Shown: positions 36,976 to 45,648 of the stretch, piece by piece
Position numbering within the stretch: position 1 is the stretch's first letter
Layout of the letters: every line of letters starts with the position of its first letter
NCBI GenBank assembly: GCA_963717505.1
Contig: OY970342.1
Span: 736,001 to 800,000 of the forward strand
Direction: 5' to 3'
Source of the DNA: Candidatus Eiseniibacteriota bacterium
GTDB taxonomy: Bacteria; Eisenbacteria; RBG-16-71-46
DNA length: 64,000 bases
Program-made: the position numbers and the translations under genes
Notes under the pieces: model-generated
Databases searched by the model: none
Seen by the model: the letters and a program-made list of their open reading frames with translations, nothing else
Told to the model about the DNA's origin: nothing

Positions 36976-39279
36976 ATGAGGTTCTCGAGTTTCGGCTGCG
37001 CCATCTTGGGGCTCGTGCTTCTGCCACCTCCCCTGATCGCTGCCGACGCTCCGGACACTCTGTCGCGCGTGGTCACGCTCCCAGAGCACGAGGTCAGCAC
37101 CACGCGCCTCGGCGAACGCGCCCCGGTCGCACGCTCGACGCTGACCCGGGAACAGGTGCGCGAGCGCAACTGGGGTCAGGACACACCGATGGCGCTGGCC
37201 ACGCTGCCCGGCGCCTACGCCTACTCCGACGCCGGGAACGGCATCGGCTACTCGTATCTATCGATCCGCGGCTTCCCGCAGCGGCGGATCAGCGTGCTGA
37301 TCAATGGCGTACCGCTCAACGACCCGGAGTCGCACGAAGTCTATTGGATCGACCATCCCGACCTACTCGCCTCGACCGCGGAAGCCCAGATGCAGCGCGG
37401 CGTCGGCTCGGCGCTCTACGGCGCCGCCTCGCTCGGCGGCAGCGTCAATCTCGAGACTGGTCCGTTTACCGAGGCTGGCGCCGCGTCGGCGACGGTCGGC
37501 TACGGCTCGTACGACACCAAGCGCTTCAGCGTCGAGGCCGGCTCGGGCCGGTTGCCCGGCGACTGGAATCTCCATGGGCGCTACTCGCGCATCGAGACGC
37601 TCGGCTATCGCGACCAGTCGTTCTCCAAGTTGTGGTCGTATGCGCTGTCGGCGCGTAAGCTCGCGGGCGACCATTCGTTCCGCGCCAACTTCTACGGCGG
37701 ACCCGAAGAGACTCACCTCGCCTACCTCGGCGTGCCGCGCGGCGTGCTCGACGGCGGCCTGACCGGCGACGCCGACCAGGATCGCCGCTACAACCCGATC
37801 ACCTACGCCAACGAGCGCGATCACTTCTTCGAGCCCCACTACGAGCTGATCCACTCGTGGGCGCCGGGCGGTGCCCTGAGCGCGACCCAAACGCTGTTCT
37901 GGTTCGACGGCAAGGGCTACTACGACGAACAGCGTTTCGGGCGCGAGCTGTCGGACTATCGAATGTCGCCGTGGACCACCACCGATCCCACGCTGTTCCC
38001 GGCCGCGTACTACCGAGACACCACCGGCGACGGGTTGCCCGACGCCGACGCGTCGGGCAACTACACGGTCGAACGTGCCGACATCGTGCGGCGGCGCACC
38101 GTGGTCAATCGTCACTACGGATGGATTCCGCGGGCACGGCTCGCCCACGCGAGCGGCGCGCTGACCGTCGGCGGTGAGTTGCGCGCGCACGACGGGCGGC
38201 ATTTCGGCGAGGTGATCTCGGGCAGCGGACTCCCGCCGGGAACCGAGCCCAATCACGCGTACTACGACTACCACCCGCGCACGCTCTCGGCCGGCCTCTA
38301 CGCGCGCGAGGAGTGGCAGGCGCTCTCGACTGTGCTGGTGACCGCCGACCTCGCCTGGCGGCACCAGGACTACTTCATGCGCGGCGACCAGTTCGACGGC
38401 GTCGAGTTCGACCAGAGCTACGACTTCCTGAATCCGCGCCTGGGTCTGAGCTGGACGCCGCGTACCTTCGTCTTGCGTTTGCGTCGTGGGCGTACGCGTC
38501 GCGCGAGCCGGCGTTTCGCGATCTCTACGACGCCGAGGGCCCCGGCAGCGTGCCGCTCTACGCGATTCGCGATCCCGCCAACAACGTGTACGAGGATCCG
38601 CTGATCGACCCCGAGCACGTCAGCGATCTCGAGCTTGGGGTTCGACGTGGCGTCGTCGAACTCGCAACGCCAGCCTGAATCTCTTCCGCATGGACTTCCG
38701 GACGAACTGGTCTACGCGGGACAGTTCAACACCGACCTCGGCTACCCGATCCTGGGGAACGCCGCGCGTTCCGTGCACCAAGGGGTCGAGCTGGCGGCGC
38801 GCGTCGAGCGCCGCGTGCAGGACGGTATTTCGACCGCGCTCGACGCCAACGCCACGTTCTCCGACAACCACTTCGTCGAGTACCGCGAGCAGTACGGGCC
38901 GACTCCGGCCGACGAGGTGGTCTACGACGGCAACGCGATCCCGGCGTTCCCGTCGGTGATCGCGAACATTGGGGGTCAGGCGTCGTGGGCCGGGGCGCGG
39001 CTGGGGGCGGCCGTGCGCTACGTCGGCCGGATCTACGTGGATGCCACCGAGAGCCAGGCGTCGAGCATCGACCCGCACACGGTGCTCGACCTGTTCGGCG
39101 GCTACGCGTTTCCGGCAGGCGCGTCACGGGTCCACCTGGGAATTCGCGTGTTTAACGCGTTCGACGCGCACTACGAAACCGCCGGGTACCTGGACTACGA
39201 CAGCGGCGGCAACCTGGTGCCGCACCTGGTGCCGGCGGCGACCCGGAATGTGCTGTTCGAGGTGAAAGTGGACTGGTGA
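36976..39279 (+). CDS. TonB-dependent receptor (thiamine-regulated); frameshifts near 38470, 38640 and 38699
   Basis: Signal peptide, plug motif SIRGF...VLINGVPLNDPE, QRGVGS, NAARSVHQGVEL, NAFDAHY, terminal W. Pieces lie in successive frames. Confidence 0.88.
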
Positions 39280-39295
39280 GCGAGCGGCGCACGAT

Positions 39296-39374
39296 TGTGC
39301 CCGGCCTAGACCATGCGCTTGGCTGTAACCCATGTCCCCGGTCTGATCTGTTACCACTGTGCCCGGTCTGACCA
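39296..39374 (+). mobile_element. Solo IS481-like terminal repeat array (two tandem 25-bp imperfect repeats plus a partial third)
   Basis: TGTAACCCATGTCCCCGGTCTGATC (39324-39348), TGTTACCACTGTGCCCGGTCTGACC (39349-39373) and TGTGCCCGGCCTAGACC (39296-39312). Resembles, from recall, IS481-family right ends. No transposase in the window. Confidence 0.55.
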
Positions 39375-39633
39375 ATATTTGACTTGACGCGTTTTCGAGG
39401 CCCGCCAACGAAATCTCGGCGAGCGTTTGCGGATTCGCTCTGAAGCGCAACCCTCTGGCGCAGAGCCTCGTTCCTCCCCAAGAGCACCCGCGAACGCAAA
39501 ACACACCGCGTTTTGCACGCTCCGCGCAAATGCGAGCGCCGAGAACTGGCGTGATAGAAATGCTTCGCCCTCGCGTCCGCCTGATCATCGATCAGGCAAG
39601 TGATCTGCGCGCCCCCGAAGAAAGCGATTCCCA

Positions 39634-40938
39634 ATGCGCGCGTTCCGGTTCGATCACCTCGACGACACGCAGCTGCTCCGCCTTCTGGCCAACCTAATTG
39701 CCGAGAGTCGCCAGAACACCGCCAGGACCATCGCCGTCATCGCCGAGGTCGACCGGCGCCGGCTCTACCTGCCGGCTGGATACACGTCGATGAAGGCCTA
39801 TTGCATCGAGGCGCTCGGCCTGTCCGAGGACGCTGCCTTCAAGCGGTTTCAGGTGGCACGGGTCATTGATGAATTCCCCGCCCTGCTGGAGATGCTGGCG
39901 GATGGCCGTCTGCACCTGACCGGGGCCCGGATGGTCGCCCCTCATCTCACTCCCGAGAACGCCGGCGAGCTGCTCGCTGCGGCTACCCACAAGACCTGCT
40001 TCGAAATCCAGCGACTGCTGGCGGAGTGCTTCCCGGAATCGGACCTGCTGGCCGTTCCCCAACCCACTGGCCCGTCCGAACCTGCCTCGCGGCAGGTTGA
40101 AGTCACCGAGGTAGGCGTGGTCGTCGATGGCGACCTGCCGTCGTTACTGGCGCCAGAGGCAGCCGCCGACCAAGGCCAACTTGCCTCGCGGCAGGTTGCA
40201 TCCGGTCCAACCAAGAACCTGGCGCCCCGGCGGATTCCCCTCAGCCTGCTTCCGGAGACCCACGACAAGATTCGCTATGCGAAGGAGTTGCTGGGCCATG
40301 AGCTGCCGTCCGGAGACGACGCACTCGTCGTGGAACGGGCGATGGCTGAAATGATCCAGAGAGCCGAAAAGCGGGAGCTCCGGTCCACCCGATCGCCGCA
40401 AGATCGCCAGTGCAGGTCGTCGACCAACCGGCGGCACATTCCGAAACGAGTGAAGCGCGCGGTCTGGGAACGCGACGGAGGACAGTGCACGTTCGTCGGC
40501 AACAACGGACACCGTTGCGGAGCCAGAAAGTTCGTCGAGTTCGACCATATTGAGCCGGTGGCGAAGGGCGGTGCGTCAACGCCCGAAAACTTGAGGTTGC
40601 GTTGCCGTGCACACAACCAGTTCGAGGCGGAGCGCGCGTTCGGTGCTGGTTTCATGTCTCGCAAGCGAGAAGCGGTTCGACACGACACAGTAGCGGCGCG
40701 TAGCAGAATGGTCGCGAGCGACACCGAAGACGCCAAGGCGGATCAGGAGACCCAAGACATTCTCAACGGGCTCCGTGAGCTCGGATTCCGCGCCGGCGAA
40801 TCGCGTCGCGCGGCCGAGTTTTCAGCGACGCTTCCAAACGCAGCCCTCGAGCAGCGAATGCGGGCAGCTCTGAACTTCCTGCGTCCAAAGATTCGACATC
40901 ATGCCGCTGAGCCTCCGTCCGTTAGTACTTTGAGCTAA
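39634..40938 (+). CDS. HNH endonuclease domain protein (DUF222-like N-terminus, RuvA-C-like tail)
   Basis: RHIPKRVKRAVWERDGGQC...C...EFDHIEPVAKGG...NLRLRCRAHN; N-terminal IAEVDRRRLY..GYTSM..YC; C-terminal LRELGFRAGESRRA. Confidence 0.9.
   Translation: MRAFRFDHLDDTQLLRLLANLIAESRQNTARTIAVIAEVDRRRLYLPAGYTSMKAYCIEALGLSEDAAFKRFQVARVIDEFPALLEMLADGRLHLTGARMVAPHLTPENAGELLAAATHKTCFEIQRLLAECFPESDLLAVPQPTGPSEPASRQVEVTEVGVVVDGDLPSLLAPEAAADQGQLASRQVASGPTKNLAPRRIPLSLLPETHDKIRYAKELLGHELPSGDDALVVERAMAEMIQRAEKRELRSTRSPQDRQCRSSTNRRHIPKRVKRAVWERDGGQCTFVGNNGHRCGARKFVEFDHIEPVAKGGASTPENLRLRCRAHNQFEAERAFGAGFMSRKREAVRHDTVAARSRMVASDTEDAKADQETQDILNGLRELGFRAGESRRAAEFSATLPNAALEQRMRAALNFLRPKIRHHAAEPPSVSTLS
40079..40198. 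repeat. Two in-frame palindromic repeats inside the HNH gene linker
   Basis: AACCTGCC-TCGC-GGCAGGTT (40079-40098, perfect) and CAACTTGCC-TCGC-GGCAGGTTG (40177-40198, one mismatch), 99 bp apart, both encoding ASRQV. Confidence 0.85.
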
Positions 40939-41047
40939 GACCGGAGGGATGCTACCGACGTCCCCAGGACCATCATGCCGGCCCTGGACCATCTTTCCGA
41001 TTGACGGGCCGCGCTCCGAAGGTGGAGGCTCGTGGGCCGGAGGGACC

Positions 41048-42829
41048 ATGCATCGCGCCACGAAGCTCGCCGTCCTGCCCCTGCTCCTGTCGTGCGCCCT
41101 CGCGACCCATGGTGTCGCGGGAACTTCGTTCACCCTCCTGCCGGCCACCCTGACTCCCCTGTTTGGCGGCTCGGTCGACTGGGGTGACTTCGACGGCGAC
41201 GACGACCTGGACGTGCTGATCACCGGGCGCCAGGGAACGAACGGCTTGGTGCGGCTCTACCGAAACGCCGGAGGCGGCACCTTCACCTTGGTGACCTCCG
41301 GGCTGACCTGCGGCCTCGGCTCTTCCGCGGAATGGGGCGACTACGACAACGACGGCGACCTCGACATCCTGATCGTGAGCCAGGACGCCGGCGCGCTCTA
41401 TCGCAACGACGGCGGGAGCTTCGCCACCTCGTTCCCCACCGAGTGGGCCATCTTCGGAGACGCCGCGTGGGGCGACTACACCAATGATGGCGACCTCGAT
41501 TTCGCGATCACCGGATATGGACCGGGCAACATCCAGCGAACCACGATCTTCGACAATCAAGGCGGCGGGACGTTTACCAACGCCGCCGCGGGGCTAACGC
41601 CGCTGTTCACCTCGGCACTCGCGTGGGGTGATTTCGATAACGACCGCGATCTCGATCTGGTCACCGCCGGCGAGACGGTCCCCGGCGCCGCCACCGGTAT
41701 CGTTTATCGGAATTCGAACGGCAACTTCACCAACATCGGGGCCACACTGGCCAACGTCACCGAGTCCTCGGTGGCCTGGGGCGACTACGACGCCGACGGC
41801 GACCTCGATCTGGCGATGTCCGGTTACGCGTATTCCCTGCCTCACGAAACCGCGACGATCTACCGCAACGACGCCGGAACATTCACGTCGTTCGCCGCAG
41901 GGATGACCGGCGTGTACGCCGGATCGCTCGCGTGGGGTGACTTCGACAACGACGGCCTGCTCGACATTCTTTCCACGGGCTCGTCGGCGCCCCAAGTGCC
42001 CGCCGCGCAACTTCTGCGGAACACCGGTGGCGCCTTCGTCAATCAGGGCGCGGTCATCGCACCGGTGTTCTCCTCTTCCGTCCAATGGGGCGACTACGAC
42101 AACGACGGCGACCTCGACATCCTGATGAATGGGGCCGACGGCGTGAATGCGTTTTCGCGGATCTACCGGAACGATTCGCCGGCGGCGGCAAATCAGCGGC
42201 CGGCAGCCCCCAGCGGATTGAGCGCGGTCGGCAGCTCGAACACGCAAACCACCTTCAGCTGGAACGCCGCCACTGACACCGAGACTCCGGCCGCCGGCCT
42301 CACCTACAACCTACGGGTCGGCACCACGCCGGGGGGCAACCAGGTGATGTCAGCTATGGCATCGCCTGGCGGCTTCCGGCACGTGCCGCGCATGGGCAAC
42401 GCCAATCACAACCTGAGCTGGACTCTGACGCTGCCCGCGGGCACATACTACTGGAGCGTGCAGGCCACTGACGCTGCGTTCGCGGGCTCGGAGTTCGCAC
42501 CCGAGCAGGTGCACGTCGCCACCACTGGCGTCGACCAGCCCCGATCAACGGCAAGCGTCGCATTGCGCGCTCAACCCAACCCGTTCGCAAGCCGGACGAC
42601 GATCGAGTTCGAATTGCCGCGCGCCGGCAGCGTTTCACTCCGCATCCACGACATCAGTGGACGGCAGGTGCGCTCGCTGGTCGAAAACGTGTCGTGGCCC
42701 GCAGGCCGCCATCAACTGGCGTGGGACGGGCTTGCGGAGGACGGCCGCCCCGCGCCGAGCGGCGTCTACGTAGCTTCGCTGGAGGTCGACGGCGTTCGGG
42801 ACCAGCGCCATATAGTGCGTCTGCGTTAG
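41048..42829 (+). CDS. Secreted FG-GAP repeat protein with FN3-like and FlgD Ig-like C-terminal domains
   Basis: GGAGGG RBS, signal peptide, seven WGD(Y/F)DNDGDLD-type repeats, YYWSVQA, PNPF...DISGRQVR...WDG...SGVY. Confidence 0.92.
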   Translation: MHRATKLAVLPLLLSCALATHGVAGTSFTLLPATLTPLFGGSVDWGDFDGDDDLDVLITGRQGTNGLVRLYRNAGGGTFTLVTSGLTCGLGSSAEWGDYDNDGDLDILIVSQDAGALYRNDGGSFATSFPTEWAIFGDAAWGDYTNDGDLDFAITGYGPGNIQRTTIFDNQGGGTFTNAAAGLTPLFTSALAWGDFDNDRDLDLVTAGETVPGAATGIVYRNSNGNFTNIGATLANVTESSVAWGDYDADGDLDLAMSGYAYSLPHETATIYRNDAGTFTSFAAGMTGVYAGSLAWGDFDNDGLLDILSTGSSAPQVPAAQLLRNTGGAFVNQGAVIAPVFSSSVQWGDYDNDGDLDILMNGADGVNAFSRIYRNDSPAAANQRPAAPSGLSAVGSSNTQTTFSWNAATDTETPAAGLTYNLRVGTTPGGNQVMSAMASPGGFRHVPRMGNANHNLSWTLTLPAGTYYWSVQATDAAFAGSEFAPEQVHVATTGVDQPRSTASVALRAQPNPFASRTTIEFELPRAGSVSLRIHDISGRQVRSLVENVSWPAGRHQLAWDGLAEDGRPAPSGVYVASLEVDGVRDQRHIVRLR

Positions 42830-42835
42830 CCGCCC

Positions 42836-44113
42836 TCAGTCTCCGAGTAGCGCAACGCGACGCGAGGCCGACGCCTGGTCGGTTTCCAGTCGCAGCCAGT
42901 AGATGCCGGGTGGGATCGCGGTCGCCGACCAGCGCGCCATGCTTGTCGCGCCGTCGCCGACACCTGCGCCGAGGGTCGCAACCCGCCGGCCGCCGAGGTC
43001 CAACAGGAACGCGCGCCAGCGCGTCCCCGCCGGTAGTGTGAACGTCGCAACCATCTCGCCCCGCGCCGGGTTGGGCCACACCGCGAGCGACACGCTCTCC
43101 ATGTGTGGAGCGGGCACGCCGACGTTGTGGTTCACGAACCACGGCTCGGTGGTCGGCTCGGACTTGAAGAACGCCAACAGACTGTCGGCTACCTTCACGC
43201 GGCCACTGTTCGAAGGATGCGTGCCGTCGTTCGCGGCGAAATCCGAGCACGCCCAGGTGAGTCCGTCGCTCCGGCCCTCGAGGCCATCGGCCCACAGGTA
43301 GGGCCCCCACGACAGCCACGGCGCTTCGACCGGCCCGGAATCAGGATCGAAGTTCAGGCTGTCCTCGCCCGCGATCTGCGCTTCGATGAGCCAGCGCACG
43401 GCGAAGCCCGATTCGTAGGCATACGGCTCGGGGTTTAGCGACGTGCTGGCGTAGCCGGCGTAGATGCGGCTCGTGAAGTAGGCGAGCCGCACGTTGGGCA
43501 GCTTGTCCTTGAGAATGCGCACGATCGTGCCCAGGTCGTTGCTCAGGCTCTCGGCCGAGGCGGGGAACGGCTCGGTGGGCCCGATTCGCGCTTGCTTGAT
43601 CCACACGACTTGCACCTGAGCCGGCGACGAGCCGCGACCGCGCAGGCGCGTGGCGACCGTGTCCCAATACGCGGCGCCGGGGTGGCGGATGAGCTGTGTT
43701 GCCTGGCCGCCACGCGCGCAATCGATCACGCGAACCCGCGGGTTCCTGAAAGGATCCGCGTTCGCTCTCGGGACGAACGCGCTGAACTCCTGGGTGGCGT
43801 TGCTCATGCCGATCGAGATCAGCACGGTCGCACCATTGGGGTCTGGATTCCCGAGCGTGTCGAGCGGCGCCAGCGCGTTGGCGATGGCCTGGCCCGCGGC
43901 GTCGTGAGCGGCCGGCCGCTGGTTGGACCCGCCGCCGTAGAGGCCCCCGGTGAATCCCTGATAGGTGCCGGCCCCGAGATCGATGAGCGGGATGAGTCCG
44001 GTCGAGTCGCGGTCGCAATTGGCCGCGAACACGCGCGAAGGGCCGGTGAACACGGCCAGTGCCAGGACGATAGTCGCGACGGCCGAGGCGTAGACCCGCC
44101 GAGTGGAAGTCAT
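42836..44113 (-). CDS. Secreted SGNH-hydrolase-like protein with FlgD/T9SS-like C-terminus
   Basis: Signal peptide, SIGMSNATQEF (block I-like), DGTHP (block V), PNP...DLGGRRV...PGIYWLRL. Confidence 0.7.
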   Translation of the reverse strand: MTSTRRVYASAVATIVLALAVFTGPSRVFAANCDRDSTGLIPLIDLGAGTYQGFTGGLYGGGSNQRPAAHDAAGQAIANALAPLDTLGNPDPNGATVLISIGMSNATQEFSAFVPRANADPFRNPRVRVIDCARGGQATQLIRHPGAAYWDTVATRLRGRGSSPAQVQVVWIKQARIGPTEPFPASAESLSNDLGTIVRILKDKLPNVRLAYFTSRIYAGYASTSLNPEPYAYESGFAVRWLIEAQIAGEDSLNFDPDSGPVEAPWLSWGPYLWADGLEGRSDGLTWACSDFAANDGTHPSNSGRVKVADSLLAFFKSEPTTEPWFVNHNVGVPAPHMESVSLAVWPNPARGEMVATFTLPAGTRWRAFLLDLGGRRVATLGAGVGDGATSMARWSATAIPPGIYWLRLETDQASASRRVALLGD

Positions 44114-44241
44114 GGAACCTCCAACACTTTGTCAGGAACCGGGCGCATCGAGAGTATCCCTGGCCGCGGCGCTCTGCTAGCGTTCGTTCCCTCGCGGACA
44201 CAGGGTGTGTCCGGCGGGCCAGGCCGAATCAGGAGACAACA

Positions 44242-44844
44242 ATGAAGAAGATCGCACTGCTTGCGGCGGCCACGATGGCCGTCGCCCTAGGCGGAATCGC
44301 GACTGCCGAAGCCGGTGGTTTCAAGGTGTACGGCATGGTCGCCATGGTTTCGCCGCTCAGCGAATCCGACCAGGACGTTGGTGGCGTCACGGACGCGGTC
44401 AAGGCGTCGTCGGAGTTCGGCTACAACTTCGGCATCGAGTTCAAGGCCGGGTCCATGCTCGGGATCGAGCTGGACTACCTGTACGCCAAGGAAGAGATCG
44501 AGCACGACACTGCCGGACTCCTGGGCGAGACCACGTTCCAGCCGATCAGCGGAACCCTGAATTTCCACCTTCCCATGGGCATGCTCGACCTCTATGGCGG
44601 CCCCACGGCGTCGTACGTCAACTGGGGCGACCTGGAAGTGCCTTCGGGCGGCGCCGACATCGAGCTCGACCCGCAGTTCACGTACGGGATCTCGGCGGGC
44701 CTGGACGTCGGCATCACCAAGAACCTGGCGGCGACCGGCGGCCTGCGCTGGCTCAGCGTCCAGGCGAAGCCGGCCGAAGGGGGCGGCGACGAACTGGACG
44801 TGAACCCGTTGTTTGCCCGGTTCGGAATCGCGGCGCGTTTCTAG
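44242..44844 (+). CDS. Outer-membrane beta-barrel protein (OmpW/OmpA-TM-like)
   Basis: AGGAG RBS, signal peptide, alternating beta strands, C-terminal GIAARF. Confidence 0.8.
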   Translation: MKKIALLAAATMAVALGGIATAEAGGFKVYGMVAMVSPLSESDQDVGGVTDAVKASSEFGYNFGIEFKAGSMLGIELDYLYAKEEIEHDTAGLLGETTFQPISGTLNFHLPMGMLDLYGGPTASYVNWGDLEVPSGGADIELDPQFTYGISAGLDVGITKNLAATGGLRWLSVQAKPAEGGGDELDVNPLFARFGIAARF

Positions 44845-44864
44845 CCTTCCCGACACAAAGACGT

Positions 44865-44895
44865 ACGCCGGGCGCCCTCCCTGGGTGCCCGGCGT
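44865..44895. terminator. Hairpin between convergent OMP genes, probable bidirectional terminator
   Basis: ACGCCGGGCGCCC-TCCCT-GGGTGCCCGGCGT, 13-bp stem, flanked by AAAG and TGCGTTT. Confidence 0.7.
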
Positions 44896-44918
44896 TGCGT
44901 TTACAGCAGACTGCGGTG

Positions 44919-45566
44919 TTACTTGCTCGGCATGTAGAACGCCAGGCCGGCGCGCGCCATGAAGCCCGAGTAATCCGTCTCGGTCTCCGGGTCGGTCGAC
45001 TGGTCGTCGAACTGCGTGTCACCAACGTTGGCGATCCGGTAGCCGGCGCCGCCGGTGACGGCGAAGCCAGGGCTCACGGTCCACTCGGCAAGGCCCATGA
45101 AGTGGAAGCCAACCGAGCTGCCACTCACGTCGACCGAGGGCAAGCCAGTGCTTTCGGCTTCGCCGCCGACCATGTAGTAGCCGAGGCCAGCGCCGAATCC
45201 GTACTTGGCGTTGCTGGACGCGGGGAAGAAGTACGCGCCCGTGATGGTGAACGCGTTGGCGTCCAGGCTCAACTTGTCACCGCTCACTCCGTCTTCGGTG
45301 TTGAGGAAGAGCGGCTCCCAGCCGGCCGAGAACATCCAGTTCGGCGTCGCCCACATCCGCAGGTCGAGACCGCCAGTGATTCCGTTCTCGACGTTCTCGA
45401 TGTCAGCACCAGCCTGGTTGGACGCATCGATCGACTCGTTCCACTGCTCCATCGTGTGGGTGTTGAACGCGCCGTAGACCTCTCCGCCCCAAGTCGCCGC
45501 ATAAGCAGCGGTGCTCGTCAGGGCGAGGGCCATGGCCAGAACCGATGGGACGATCAGCTTACGCAT
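44919..45566 (-). CDS. Outer-membrane beta-barrel protein
   Basis: AGGAGG RBS before ATG 45566 (MRKLIVPSVL), signal peptide, YGFGAGLGYY, C-terminal ARAGLAFY. Confidence 0.8.
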   Translation of the reverse strand: MRKLIVPSVLAMALALTSTAAYAATWGGEVYGAFNTHTMEQWNESIDASNQAGADIENVENGITGGLDLRMWATPNWMFSAGWEPLFLNTEDGVSGDKLSLDANAFTITGAYFFPASSNAKYGFGAGLGYYMVGGEAESTGLPSVDVSGSSVGFHFMGLAEWTVSPGFAVTGGAGYRIANVGDTQFDDQSTDPETETDYSGFMARAGLAFYMPSK

Positions 45567-45648
45567 TCTGTTCCTCCTGTTGCCGGTTGAGTGCGGCCCG
45601 GGAGTCCAGCCTGGACCGGATCCGGAGCACCCGGATCGACAGGGAAAG

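Noticed and set aside
39296-39374. Tandem repeats as a mini CRISPR array beside an HNH nuclease
   Set aside because: The two full repeats abut without a spacer, are degenerate and few, and no cas genes are present.
39634-40938. HNH protein as IscB or Cas9-like
   Set aside because: No PLMP or split RuvC motifs seen; only the HNH domain is recognisable.
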